DNA of 59,054 nucleotides, the filler included, from Platydemus manokwari (lineage: Eukaryota): NCBI GenBank assembly GCA_037951405.1. It is 5 parts of 5 records of this genome, joined end to end, with 100 filler letters (N's around TTAATTAATTAA, not from the genome) between each part and the next. Parts side by side here need not be neighbours in the genome. Positions count along the whole stretch, not along the records: positions 19,492 to 29,260 come from JBBMOY011207210.1; positions 29,361 to 39,918 come from JBBMOY011124219.1; 3 more parts are not named here. One strand, written 5' to 3'. Positions 28,876-40,018 of the stretch are shown piece after piece. Made by a program: the position numbers and the translations under genes. Within the stretch, counting starts at the first letter, position 1, and the number at the start of each line of letters is the position of its first letter. The notes under the pieces were generated by a model. That model ran no database searches and was not told the DNA's origin. It saw only the letters and a program-made list of their open reading frames with translations.

Positions 28876-29099
28876 GTATTTTTATTTTATTGAGATCTTA
28901 TTGAATATTAATTATATTACCACTATCGAGCTTAAAATACAACAAAAAATAAACAATTGGACTATTTCTATCTTTCACCAAGATTTGATAAAGCAAAATT
29001 ATAATGACCCATTTCTAGACAAGTTTCGCTAGTTAATAATACTTTGTATTCCTTACATTTTCAATACTAGCATCCAATATCCATCTCGATGGTTTAAAA

Positions 29100-29160
29100 C
29101 AGGGGTCTCCAAGCTTACTATGAAACACACGGACATTATGACAAAATTAAGTGATACACA
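29100..29160. mobile_element. end of a second hAT element in the bestrophin intron
   Basis: CAGGGGTCTCCAA terminus preceded by 8-mer GTTTAAAA with central TA, typical of Buster/Charlie ends. Confidence 0.55.
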
Positions 29161-29162
29161 TA

Positions 29163-29260
29163 TTGGGTCTATAACTTAAAAAACGGAATTTTTTTAGAAC
29201 AATTGAGTGTTTATTAAAGAAAATCTTGTACAATTCTGTTATCCAAAGTAATGTCCATCG
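29163..29260 (-). mobile_element. 3' end of a mariner transposon
   Basis: TA + TIR TTGGGTCTATAACTTAAAAAACGGAATTT; minus strand reads ...DGHYFG*, like mariner transposase C-termini; same TIR as at 48897. Confidence 0.75.
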
Positions 29261-29360
29261 NNNNNNNNNNNNNNNNNNNNNNNNNNNNNNNNNNNNNNNN
29301 NNNNTTAATTAATTAANNNNNNNNNNNNNNNNNNNNNNNNNNNNNNNNNNNNNNNNNNNN
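29261..29360. other. assembly spacer
   Basis: 44 N + TTAATTAATTAA + 44 N. Confidence 0.97.
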
Positions 29361-29655
29361 TATACTTAATAATGAGTCGAGAATAAGTTCAGAAATTTAT
29401 TGTAATAATCTTAACAAACATAAAAATATTCACTTTACCAATTATTATTTGATATTTTTTGATATTTTTTCGTAATTATACTTTAACATTGACAAAACAT
29501 TATTTTATTAATTATTAATTAATTATTTTACTAATTGCTAAAAGTTGAATTATCAAGGACAAATTAACTGAAACTTTTTTAATCGAATAAGTATTAAATT
29601 ATTTCTACGTTTAGGTTTTGTTTATATATTATGGATTGTTCAACATATTTTGATT

Positions 29656-31228
29656 ATGGATTTTGAGAAAAGTGTTAAGGTATCTGCTCCTATTAATATT
29701 GCTCTTGTAAAATATTGTAAATAATTTACTTGCATTATATGATTGCTATAATTGTCAACTTTCTCCAGGGGGCAAAGAGAATGAAGAAACAATCATTCCA
29801 TTAAATAACTCAATTTCTTTAACATTAGACAAAAATGAAGTAAATTATATGTTATATTTGAAAATTTTTTATTATTATCTCTAGTTACAATCAACCACTT
29901 TTTTACATGTTTCAACTTCGCTTGAAGAAAATTCAATTATTCTGAACGACAAGTGATATACATATTTAGTATTACAATTAAGTATTTGATTTTTTTAGGG
30001 AATCTAAAATTACGAATCGCATAATGACAATGTTTAAACATGGTAAAATATAGAAACTATCTTAAAATAATATAGATTTATCGTTTAGCATTGAAATTAT
30101 CAAATTTACCTAATTGCTTACACGATAGCTTGAAATTTAAAATTAAATCAAGTAATAATTTTCCAACTGCAGCTGGAATGGCTTCATCGGCATCAGGGAT
30201 GGCAGCTTTAGGTTGGTTATTTTGATAGTTAAACCGATATGATTTTATATTATAGCTTATGCTATGGGTATCGTGTTTGGGTTGTCAATGAATGATACAA
30301 GTATTCTGGCTAGGTGGATTTTCATGATTATATAATGAATATATATAAATACATTATATTAATGAATACATTAATAATTAATAAAGATTGGGTTCTGGTT
30401 CTGCAACGCGAAGTATTTATGGAGGGTTTGTTGAATGGGAGAGAAATTCATTGGACGACTCGAAAGCTATTCAGCTTTATCCCGAGAATTATTGGCCAGA
30501 ATTGAGGGTACTCATTTGTGTGGTGAGTATCGATATTTTCTACCAATGAATATTGTTATTAATTAAAACATATCGTAAAGGTGAATGGATCTGAGAAGAA
30601 AGTTCCTTCAACTGTTGGCATGCAGACTTCAGTGAAAACAAGTCAACTAATGAACTATCGGATAAATCATTCCGTTAAAGATAATTTGAAAGAACTACGT
30701 CAAGCGTTGAGTGCGAAAGATTTTGCAAAACTCGCAGCAGTGACCATGCGTGAAAGCAATCAATTTCATGCCATTTGCTTAGATACGGTGCCTTCTATCA
30801 TTTATTTGAATGAGGTCTCGTTATTGATCATAGAATTTGTGAAAACCATTAACGAGATTTGCGGCTCTGTTCGATTGGCCTACACATTCGATGCTGGTCC
30901 AAACGCCTTTTTGATTTTTGAACAAACTTCGGAAACATTCGTCCGACGACTTCTTGATTACTCGTTTCAAACCAATTTATCCATCGATAACAACAATGAA
31001 CTGGAATTAGATGATAAAACAATGCAAGTACTGAATTGATGATTATATGTTCGATATCGGTTTGAATCTTTTGAATCATTTTCCAGGAATTACTTAAACG
31101 ACTTCCGCAATCACATGGCGCTATCAAGTCTGTGATATCGACAAAGGTGATTAAATGCGTGTGTGATTGCGTGTGTTCATCAATTTGAATTTTGTATTTA
31201 GATTGGATCTGGCCCCATTGAATGCTAG
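29656..31228 (+). CDS. MVD: diphosphomevalonate decarboxylase (10 exons)
   Basis: Spliced protein: [83 protein letters not shown], ends IGSGPIEC*; all introns short GT-AG; AATAAA at ~31273. Confidence 0.97.
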
Positions 31229-31360
31229 ATGAATGACGATGATGATGAATGACAAAGGATTCTGTATTTTTGAATAAATATTTATTATCTGTCTTTGATT
31301 ATTTGAAGTTTATTTGTGCTATTTATGACAGAAATTCGTGAGATGGATTTTTGTGTCAAT

Positions 31361-31542
31361 ATTTATTAGTTGTTGCTCTTGAATGATGATTGATTGTAAA
31401 TCTGAGATTGAAGGATTAATTAAGGAAATGATTTTGTGAATATCAGAAATGTTTATATTAGGATTGAGACATTGAATGACTGTCAATGAGACAAACATGA
31501 TACAGCATTTATCAAGAGAGATGTGTCTAAATTAAAAATTTA
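31361..31542. repeat. left arm of ~180-bp inverted repeat (partner 35643-35827)
   Basis: Reverse complement aligns almost base for base with 35643-35827, with only a few mismatches and indels. Confidence 0.95.
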
Positions 31543-32169
31543 CTGTTTCTCTTCATTTCTTCAATTTTATTTCTTATTGTATTATATATTTTCATGTACT
31601 TGATCTGGTGGATTATAATATTGGAATAATATAAAAATAATTTCAAAATCAACTGCAGTACTGAGGCAAAAAATTAAAATAACATCACACACATTTTTTT
31701 AAGAGCTCATTTTAAATTTTAAATCATCTACAATAATATTAGTATAACATTTTCTAAATTTGATTTCAACTCTGAAAACAATGTCTTTTTCTTTATAAGC
31801 ACGTAAATATTAACGTTTTATTTATCGATGTAATATAAAGTATAACTTAAGGTAAAGGGGTTAGATGAGAAATCCGGAACATGTAAACAGACTAATATGA
31901 TATTTTCCAGCTGTATAACGTATGACATTTGATGAATATTTTTACTCTTTATTTGATTAATGTAATAAGCTAAAATTCTTTTTTATTTGACTAGTGTCTG
32001 AATATTAATGTGGAAAATGTGTTTCATAGCTTTGTATTTAATTTATTATGATCTAGAGAAGTTTGTTAAAGCTTTGATAAATTAATATAAAATTGATAAT
32101 ACCGTGCGATTCATAAGTCTCCGTTTGTAAAACTAAAATAAAACAAACGCAAGAACAAACTAAATGTAT

Positions 32170-32445
32170 TGAGTTACTTAACTTTGATTTGTGCTATCAT
32201 TCTCTTTAACAAAATTTACTACCTTTTCCTTCATGATTTCTTTAGACGGTCTTATTGATCGCAACCTAGTGGATAAGTTTCCAGTTTCTTCAAACTTCTG
32301 TTTCCAATACTGCACTGTTGTCCTAGCTTGTGGTGCACGATTGAAATGTTGAAATTCTTGGCAAGCTTTGCCACTACTCGGTACACTATTGCAATGCTAA
32401 CTATAAACACTCTATCCTCAAGCGGAAATTTAACATCACTAGGTG
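32170..32445 (-). pseudogene. degenerate N-terminal helix-turn-helix of a Tc1/mariner-superfamily transposase (DUF4817-like)
   Basis: With one frameshift reads KFPLEDRVFIV/..ACQEFQHFNRAPQARTTVQYWKQKFEETGNLSTRLRSIRPS, matching the pattern ERVFxV..F..PP.RxTIxxWxxKFxETG..RSGRP. Confidence 0.65.
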
Positions 32446-33679
32446 CTTCCGCTATATTGTAACAATGTAACAGATTAATAAGAAATAAGAAATAAAGCAC
32501 ATTAATTAGTGAATAATAATTAATAACAATGAGTATAAATATATCAGTATAAATTATATTATGTTTTGGTGTTTTATTTTAGTTATGAATAGCACGATAT
32601 ATTAACAATAAATAAATAAAGTTTAAAAGTTTAAATCCAACAATTTCTTATCAATTTAGATTTTAGGGTTGATAATAATTTCCTTTACTAATGAATATAA
32701 TCAAAAATTTAAGAAAAGAACTTCTATAGAATAATAAATTAGGCCAACATTTAATAAGTAAAATTGGAAACAATAACAATAAAACCTTTATTTCAACAAT
32801 TTTATCAATAAACAAATCTCTCTAGTGACAAAATTGTGAAAGAATATTAAATCATCCTTACAATAAATCCGTATTTACTAACTGACTAATCAAGTGTAAA
32901 TAAGCTGCCATAAGTCATTTCGCCGACCTTCTGTTACAAACAAATCCACTTTGCCCAAGATGTAAAACTACTGGAAACATCTATATGCCAAAGTTAAAAG
33001 CCCCTATGTTGAACTGGAAGAAATTCTCAATATCTTGAGCCGACTATAATTCTCAAGGATTCATTTAAGTTATATTAGTGTAAAATCATTCATAATCTGT
33101 AAACGCATATTCTTCACTTATTCTTGATAAAGATATTTTACCAATAGCCATGAAGGGGCTTATTGATCACGCTAATACTATGAACTGTTATAACCATTAT
33201 CCAGCATTTCAGTCTATAAAAGTAGTATCTAACCATATTGTAATTTGTCGTATATTGGTAATAAGCATTTTATTTATCAACTGTGTTATGCTGATCATTT
33301 GGCGAGGTACTATTAGGCCTCATTATAACATTTCTATAATTGAACTCATCATTATCATTGCCATCACCATCTTTTTGGAATTAACAGGTTGAACAATGAA
33401 TACGTGAATGACAAAAATAATATAAGATAGAGTGAGAAAATAGTCAAAGAAAATTCAAATTATTTAATCATAGAAGGTTTAATATCAATAAATACCATAA
33501 TATAAGTCTGTGAAGCATTAGCAGGCCTGCGGATCGTTTTAAATATAATCTTTTTTATAAATATATTCTCCAACACAATTCATCTCGTAATCAAAAGAGA
33601 ATTAGTGTTCGAGGCGAAATAAAATCAAACATTTAAGTTTTTTACTGCTGGAGGGCCATCACAGTTATAGAAATTGATT

Positions 33680-34190
33680 AGGTCGTGATCAGTGTCAAAA
33701 CATTGCTAATATGATTTGAAAGGTAATATTTTCCCTTTTTTAAGATAAAAGTTAAGCATTTTGGAAATAGAGCAGTGATGTGAATGTAAAATATTAAATA
33801 ATTAAAATTTATTAAAAAAATCGTTGAGAGTTCGTGATTCCTGGACGATGAAATATGAGCTTTTAAGTTACAAGGGAAGTGTGGTGACTTGATGTTAGTG
33901 ATAACACGGGTCTCGGGGGTAGTTACAGTTGTTGCTGACATTTGGTGGAGTACCGTTGTAGAATAGATTGTTGAAGCAGGTTGGAAGGATAGGAGATTCA
34001 CACAGTTGAATCAGGAGAAAGTTCGTTACAGATGTTAGAAATTTCGAAGGTAAGAAATAATCGATCAATCTATCTAGAACATTACAGACAAAATGTTAGT
34101 TATATTAATTTAAGTCTCACAGACATATCATTTATTGAAATCTGTTAATACCCAACTCATGTAGTGTTAGGAAACTGATGTTTTATAACA
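33680..34190 (-). mobile_element. possible short LTR plus gag remnant
   Basis: 34034-34190 is bounded by TGTTAGAAA and TTTTATAACA (TG...CA with short inverted termini); adjacent minus-strand frame MSATTVTTPETRVITNIKSPHF loosely resembles a Gypsy gag start. Confidence 0.3.
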
Positions 34191-35642
34191 ATTAAGAAAT
34201 ATATTTGATAAAACAAAGATAAAATTGTTAAATTATCGTATTCATTCTATTTTAATTAAGGGAAAATTAGACGTAATTTGTGAATATATCATTAAGGAAA
34301 TAACCTCAAGTCTTCTCAAATTCTTTTGATTTCAGACAATCTTGATTAACTAGATTCATTTAATGATTCACTTGAATTTTAATTAGAAATTGTTTTTCTA
34401 GAATTTAATCTTTTGAAAGCTCATTATGGAAATCACGAAATAATATTTTGAATGAAACATTTTTCTGGTTTGATTTCAGTTTTGAATTTTATTTGGAAGT
34501 AATTTTTCAAATAGTTTTGGCCTGTGAAATGTAACTGTAAATTACAAACGCGTCAAGTTAAGTTTGCCAATGGGTTAATTATGATGAAGTGTAGGCAAAT
34601 TGTTGTCATTTCAATTGGGCATGTGAGTAAATTATTGAATTCGAGGCTCTATCAAATACCGAGAAGAAAAATATCATCGAAATCGATCTACCTGTTGTAA
34701 TTTAAGTTATTAAATAAATAAAGTTCAAATTCCTTCAATAGAAGCTTTAGTGAATTATTTTCATTTATTGGAATTATATTTTCCTTGATGTTTTACGTTA
34801 AATTTCGTCCATAGGTTTTATAAGATGGAAAATTAACATTTGTCAAATTTTATACACAGAAATCGATAAAAATCCGTTATTAGTAATGATAAAACACGAG
34901 ATCGAACTATTCAACAGCTGTTAAAATTATTTTCGATTTAAAATCTAGGTAATTGGTAGACAATAACTTCCGTCATAAATACTGACGTCCAACACGGTAG
35001 TTAAATACCTCAAAATAGGATTGTCATACTGTGTTTCGCAGGAAGAAGAGAATATTTTAAAGTATTTTTTAGACAATATGGTAACAAGCTTCAATTTAAC
35101 ATTCTCGCATCTTCAATGACTCTTTCTCTCTCGTATAAAGAGAGAGTTTGGTTACTGCATCACATATAAAAAACGGTTGATTATTTGTATGATAAAGGTT
35201 TTAAACTGTGATAAGATAAAGTAGCCATAACATTTACTTTGAAGAAACAAAGCGGATTATTATATAATTTCACATATGTATTAATAATTTTGATAATTAT
35301 ATTATGATAATAATAAAATATCGAGATGATAATGACAATAAGCTATCAAGAAAAGGTAGCAGTATATGCATGGAAAAAAATTCTTTGTAGAACATGAGGT
35401 TGGGAAACCAAAAACAAAAGTACCAATCTGATTGATTAATGATGCTGAACTGAAATTTTAAGGAAAACAGTGAAGATCTTAACAAATATTTTTATAAAAG
35501 ATCTTTAATAATTCTCATTCTATATATAGAGAGAGACAGAGAGAGAAATAGAGAATCATTAAAACTCTCATACAAAGTCAAGAAAATGTCAAAAACCAGA
35601 GATTCCTATCTAATTTAATATAGAACTGATCGCAACAAGCAT

Positions 35643-35827
35643 TAATTTTTAATTTGGACACATCTCTCTTGATAAATGCTGTATCATGTTTGTCTCATTG
35701 ACAGTCATTCAATGTCTCATTCCTAATATAAACATTCCTGATATTCCACAAAATCATTTCCTTAATTAATCCTTCAATCTCAGATTTACAATCATATCAT
35801 CATTCAAGAGCAACTTAACTAATAAAT
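35643..35827. repeat. right arm of ~180-bp inverted repeat (partner 31361-31542)
   Basis: Direct alignment to the reverse complement of 31361-31542. Confidence 0.95.
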
Positions 35828-36052
35828 GAGCCCTTGATTATGAAAGTGGTATAAGTTATTTCAACCTTTCAAAACCAAATTTTCATATAAAAACGGTAAT
35901 AAATTTCACAATCATATTAAATGCTGATTTACCGGCGCTAATTAATTGTAAAAATATTTCATTCCATAATACACAAATATTTTAACATGCAAATCCCTTA
36001 ATATCTCCAAACAAGAAATATATGACTTATACCACTTCATAATCAAGGGCAC
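35828..36052. mobile_element. 225-bp MITE with ~31-bp TIRs and 4-bp AAAT target-site duplication (Sola-like)
   Basis: Left GAGCCCTTGATTATGAAAGTGGTATAAGTTAT; right end reverse complement GTGCCCTTGATTATGAAGTGGTATAAGTCAT; AAAT at 35824-35827 and 36053-36056. Confidence 0.8.
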
Positions 36053-36059
36053 AAATATC

Positions 36060-38250
36060 AATATATATTTTCAGGAATGGTCTCCCTGATAATATTAATT
36101 TTTGTTTCTCTTTTGTTGCACTAGTTAACACTTCAGATTTTTGGCCCATATGACATATACTAATAAGATCTCTCGTTACCTCTATCAAATCTTTCATGTC
36201 GAAATTATTTATTACATTGCATAGCTTTCTCTGTTCCTGTATGACACAATAACTTGATAGTATCAAATTTGTTGCCCCTTTTTCATTACTGTGCCATCCT
36301 CGAGTATATATTGACTATTTTATTATCTTCCTATTCTATTTTTAATCATTTCTATTTCTTTATTTTTTATTTGCTGTTCTTTTCTTTAATCTCATTCATT
36401 ATGGTTAGTATTCAGGTTTTCAATTTTCTTTTGCGAAGATTCTCTTGTTTAGTCAACCATTGTGGACATGTCTCACATGTACTTATTGAGAGAATATCTG
36501 CATTTCCGCGATTAACACTCTTTTTGAATATCATGTTTAAGTCCAAACTACTTAGATAATTCAACCATGTCAGAAATTGTGATATTATCCAATTTTTTAT
36601 TTTTAGAACAAATGTAATTACTCTGTGATTCATTCAAATTGTGGATTTTTTATCAAACAGATAGGTGTTGAAATTGTTGGGATAGCCGAGAACGTCTTGT
36701 GCTCTATTCAGATAGTGAAGAGAGCGAGGACGAAAAAATTTATATTTCTTTCCTCAAAAACAAATCATAATTCATAAATGAAATCGAGATAATTACAAAA
36801 TATTCAATATCAATATTATATATATCAATATATATCAATATATATATATATGCAATCACGCGTTTATTTTCTTCATCATCTTTTGTGATCGAACTACTCC
36901 TATTGTGTCAAAACTTGCGTCGGTGTTTAGTATAAATTCTCTCTTAAAATCTGGGAATGTCAAATTTGGTGATTCTGTCAAAGTTTTTACACTTCTTGGA
37001 ATGCCTTTTCACATCTTAAGTTTTATGTTAATTTGTTGTTATTCTTCCGACATTTCTTTTTTAAAATTCAATGCAGGCCATGATTTGTGGTGGCATGTGT
37101 TCAACAACTATGAATGATATTTTTTTGTTTGAATTCCCGCTGTGACTTTCATTTTTACTTTATCTTCGGTTTTCTATCATTTCCTCACCATATTTTATTT
37201 CGATATGTTAATTTAATATCTGTTTGTTAATTAACGTGGTATTCAAAATCTTCCTTGTATTCTATCATAGAGAATTTTTGAAGCTATTAATTCTTGAGTG
37301 GTAATATCGTTGTTTCTTTTTATTCCCTGTTTCATTCTTTGTAACTACATGAATTCTTTTTAGTTAGTCTTCACAACTATCCTTGAATAGTCTTTGGAAG
37401 TTTCTTCACTTGCTAGTAATAGTTCGAACACCTTTCTCTATTGTGTGTGTTCTTGTTGTTCCTGCATGTTGCTTTCATGTTTTTCCAAATTGATGTAACA
37501 GTCTTTTTCATGATATCCTCGGTATTGACATCTATTGCACCTGATTAAATTTATAGAATATCTGGCTATGTGATCCATTTTCTTACAAGTGCAAAACCTT
37601 ACAAACTTCGGGATATTACAATTTAGTTGGTTGCAGTTTTAGAAAATTCTAGTTTCTATTCTCATTATCCGCCCATTTGGATTATAATTGTTATTTTTCG
37701 TGTTATCTATTCATCTGATGCAATGGCGTTCACATTTTTCACTTCTCGAACTTCTTTTTAAAGCACCTTTTTAATCTTCAGATAATTCCACGATGTTTTG
37801 CATCTTTGTTTCTTTCTCTAATTTTGCATCCTCTAAACGATGAACTCCAATGAATGCGATAATATTTTGTTTGATCATTTTGCTGTTATGTTTGTTATCA
37901 TCTGTTATGTCTTATCAAAAACACAGCAGCAGATTCCCTTCAGCATTGAAGGGCTATCAACCAATCTTAAGCCAATAATCTTTTTGTCTAAAAGCCTTTC
38001 GTAGTCTTTTATAAGAATCCTTAATGTAGTTTGAAACAACATCGTATTGAGTGATCGTAGTATTACAATGATCTAGTAGGATAATTACAACTAGATTCCT
38101 CATTGATTTAGTATTGAAATATTGATTACAACTTTTGATAAATTGTGCGATATCGTTCCCTTATCTGTATTTTTCAGGCATAAGTATGCTAAGGATCTCT
38201 CCCGAATGCATGTTCGTCACGAGATTCATTAGAATTATTTATTTAGAGGT
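36060..38250 (-). mobile_element. degenerate Ty3/Gypsy LTR retrotransposon pol remnant
   Basis: RNase H motifs LTFPDFKREFILNTDASFDTIG..KRVIAY (~36980-36850) and QFLTWLNYLSSLD..GNADILS..CETC (~36630-36450); RT fragment PNGRIM near 37680; many stops; AT microsatellite inserted at ~36813-36851. The 5' boundary is approximate. Confidence 0.85.
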
Positions 38251-38811
38251 TTTACGAAATTTTTATTATGTAAAATAAATTAAAATCTTCTCGAGAGAGC
38301 CTAATTTATTGCCTATATTAATCAGGAATATATTTTTAAAATTATCTGAAAAATTACTTCATATTAAATTTTGAAGCCCATTAAAATTTGAGTTATTAAA
38401 AATACAAATTTTAAACATTTTTAAAAAATTAATTCAATTTCAAATTATTTATACTTTTTCCTTTAAATTTTAAATTTTCATCACAAGCTCGATACTTTCA
38501 AAGTGTTTTTCTTTATAAGATTAGCAAGCACCCACTTGCACAATCAGTCAGGGAAATTTACATATGTGTACGTAAGATTTAAATAGATATTTCAATGACC
38601 ATTCTAGCAAAACCGAAATGTACTTTGTGAAATGTTAAAGATAATTTTATTTTTATAGAAGGAAATTTTTAAAAAATCATACAGTTTGAACTTTCTTTTA
38701 ACGTTAATTAAAAGGAAATATTACATATGCAGGGTATTTGTTTTAAAATATACGTAAAAATTGCGTTAAAATTAAATATTTCTGTTGCATATTTTAATTT
38801 TATTTATTGAT

Positions 38812-39292
38812 ATGTCCGCTAAATTAAATAATGACGATGGCCACGAAGTAATTTGGGGCTGCAAATCATCTATTTCATCAGATATGTTTAAAAGATGGTG
38901 TCAGGGTAATATTTAATTACTCCTAAATGTAACTTAATGTTATAGGTTTTGAGTTTAGTGAATTTGAAGAGACTGCTCTTAAACAGTATGAAGGGGGGCC
39001 ATGTTCAATCATTGCATCTGTACAAGGACATATTTTTAGATATTTATTTTTTGAAAACTCTTCAAAGAAAAGCAATGGTAACAATTTGTCTATTTTAAAT
39101 ATGTTTTGATTTCGTTTTAATTTTAGATATTTACTTGATTTTGTTGGAAGTTTTGGTTGAGATTTTAGAGCTAGTGTCTATGAATAATTCCTACGTTATT
39201 GCTTATATTGAAGATGACTTTGATAATACATTAAGCGGTGCTACTGACGATGATGTGTCAGTCTCATTTTCATCGTTTCAAAGTCGTTTAAG
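38812..39292 (+). CDS. MINDY3: ubiquitin carboxyl-terminal hydrolase MINDY-3 (FAM188A), 5' partial (3 exons seen)
   Basis: Spliced: EVIWGCKSS..FKRWCQGFEFSEFEETALKQYEGGPCSIIASVQ, matching the MINDY3 N-terminus with catalytic Cys in QxEGGPC; remainder not found before the spacer at 39919. Confidence 0.92.
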
Positions 39293-39918
39293 GTTTGAAA
39301 TTTATTTTAAGCTGTTTTCAAAATGTAATATATCATGAAATATTTCACAATTTGTTCGAAAATTTAATAATTTTCTTGATTTTCAAGATATTTTGGCTGT
39401 CGGCCATAATCATTAATTAAGAATTGCTATTGAATTTGCTAATTGTTTTATATTATAACATCACTAAACATGTCCATTAAATGATTATTAATGCAAAAAT
39501 CTATTGGTGTAATTAAGTAATCACGATTATTATGATCGATAAATTTCAATAAAACGATTTTTCCAGTTGACTTGTTTAATAATATTGATTTATTGAAATG
39601 ATCTGATTTTGATTGTGTATTGAAGATTATTATAAAGTTATAAAGTGATTCAAATTTTGAGGGAAATTAATGTTAGTATTTAATAATATGCTCTGTCAAT
39701 CAAATTAGTCGGTGTAAGCGCATATTAAATTTAAAATGAATTAAATATATAAAAATACATAAAAATATCATCAATTACTATTAGCGACGAGGGCCCACCA
39801 CTATATTCATGTTTATTTCTATTTCCAAAGTGCTTTTTATGGACTAATTATTGCGTCACACAAATTGTAAAAAAAATGTTATTATTCAAATATACTTGAC
39901 TGCTATCGGCGAGCTTAT

Positions 39919-40018
39919 NNNNNNNNNNNNNNNNNNNNNNNNNNNNNNNNNNNNNNNNNNNNTTAATTAATTAANNNNNNNNNNNNNNNNNNNNNNNNNN
40001 NNNNNNNNNNNNNNNNNN
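39919..40018. other. assembly spacer
   Basis: 44 N + TTAATTAATTAA + 44 N. Confidence 0.97.

Noticed and set aside
32242-32255. TTAGACGGTCTTAT resembles part of the planarian spliced-leader sequence as I recall it
   Set aside because: Only 14 nt, flanks do not match, and it is the antisense of the transposase IRPSK codons; likely coincidence.
32900-33400. Minus-strand FP..LHLGQS as a Mutator transposase motif that would make the 180-bp arms MULE TIRs
   Set aside because: Single weak motif among many stops and no 9-bp TSD outside the arms.
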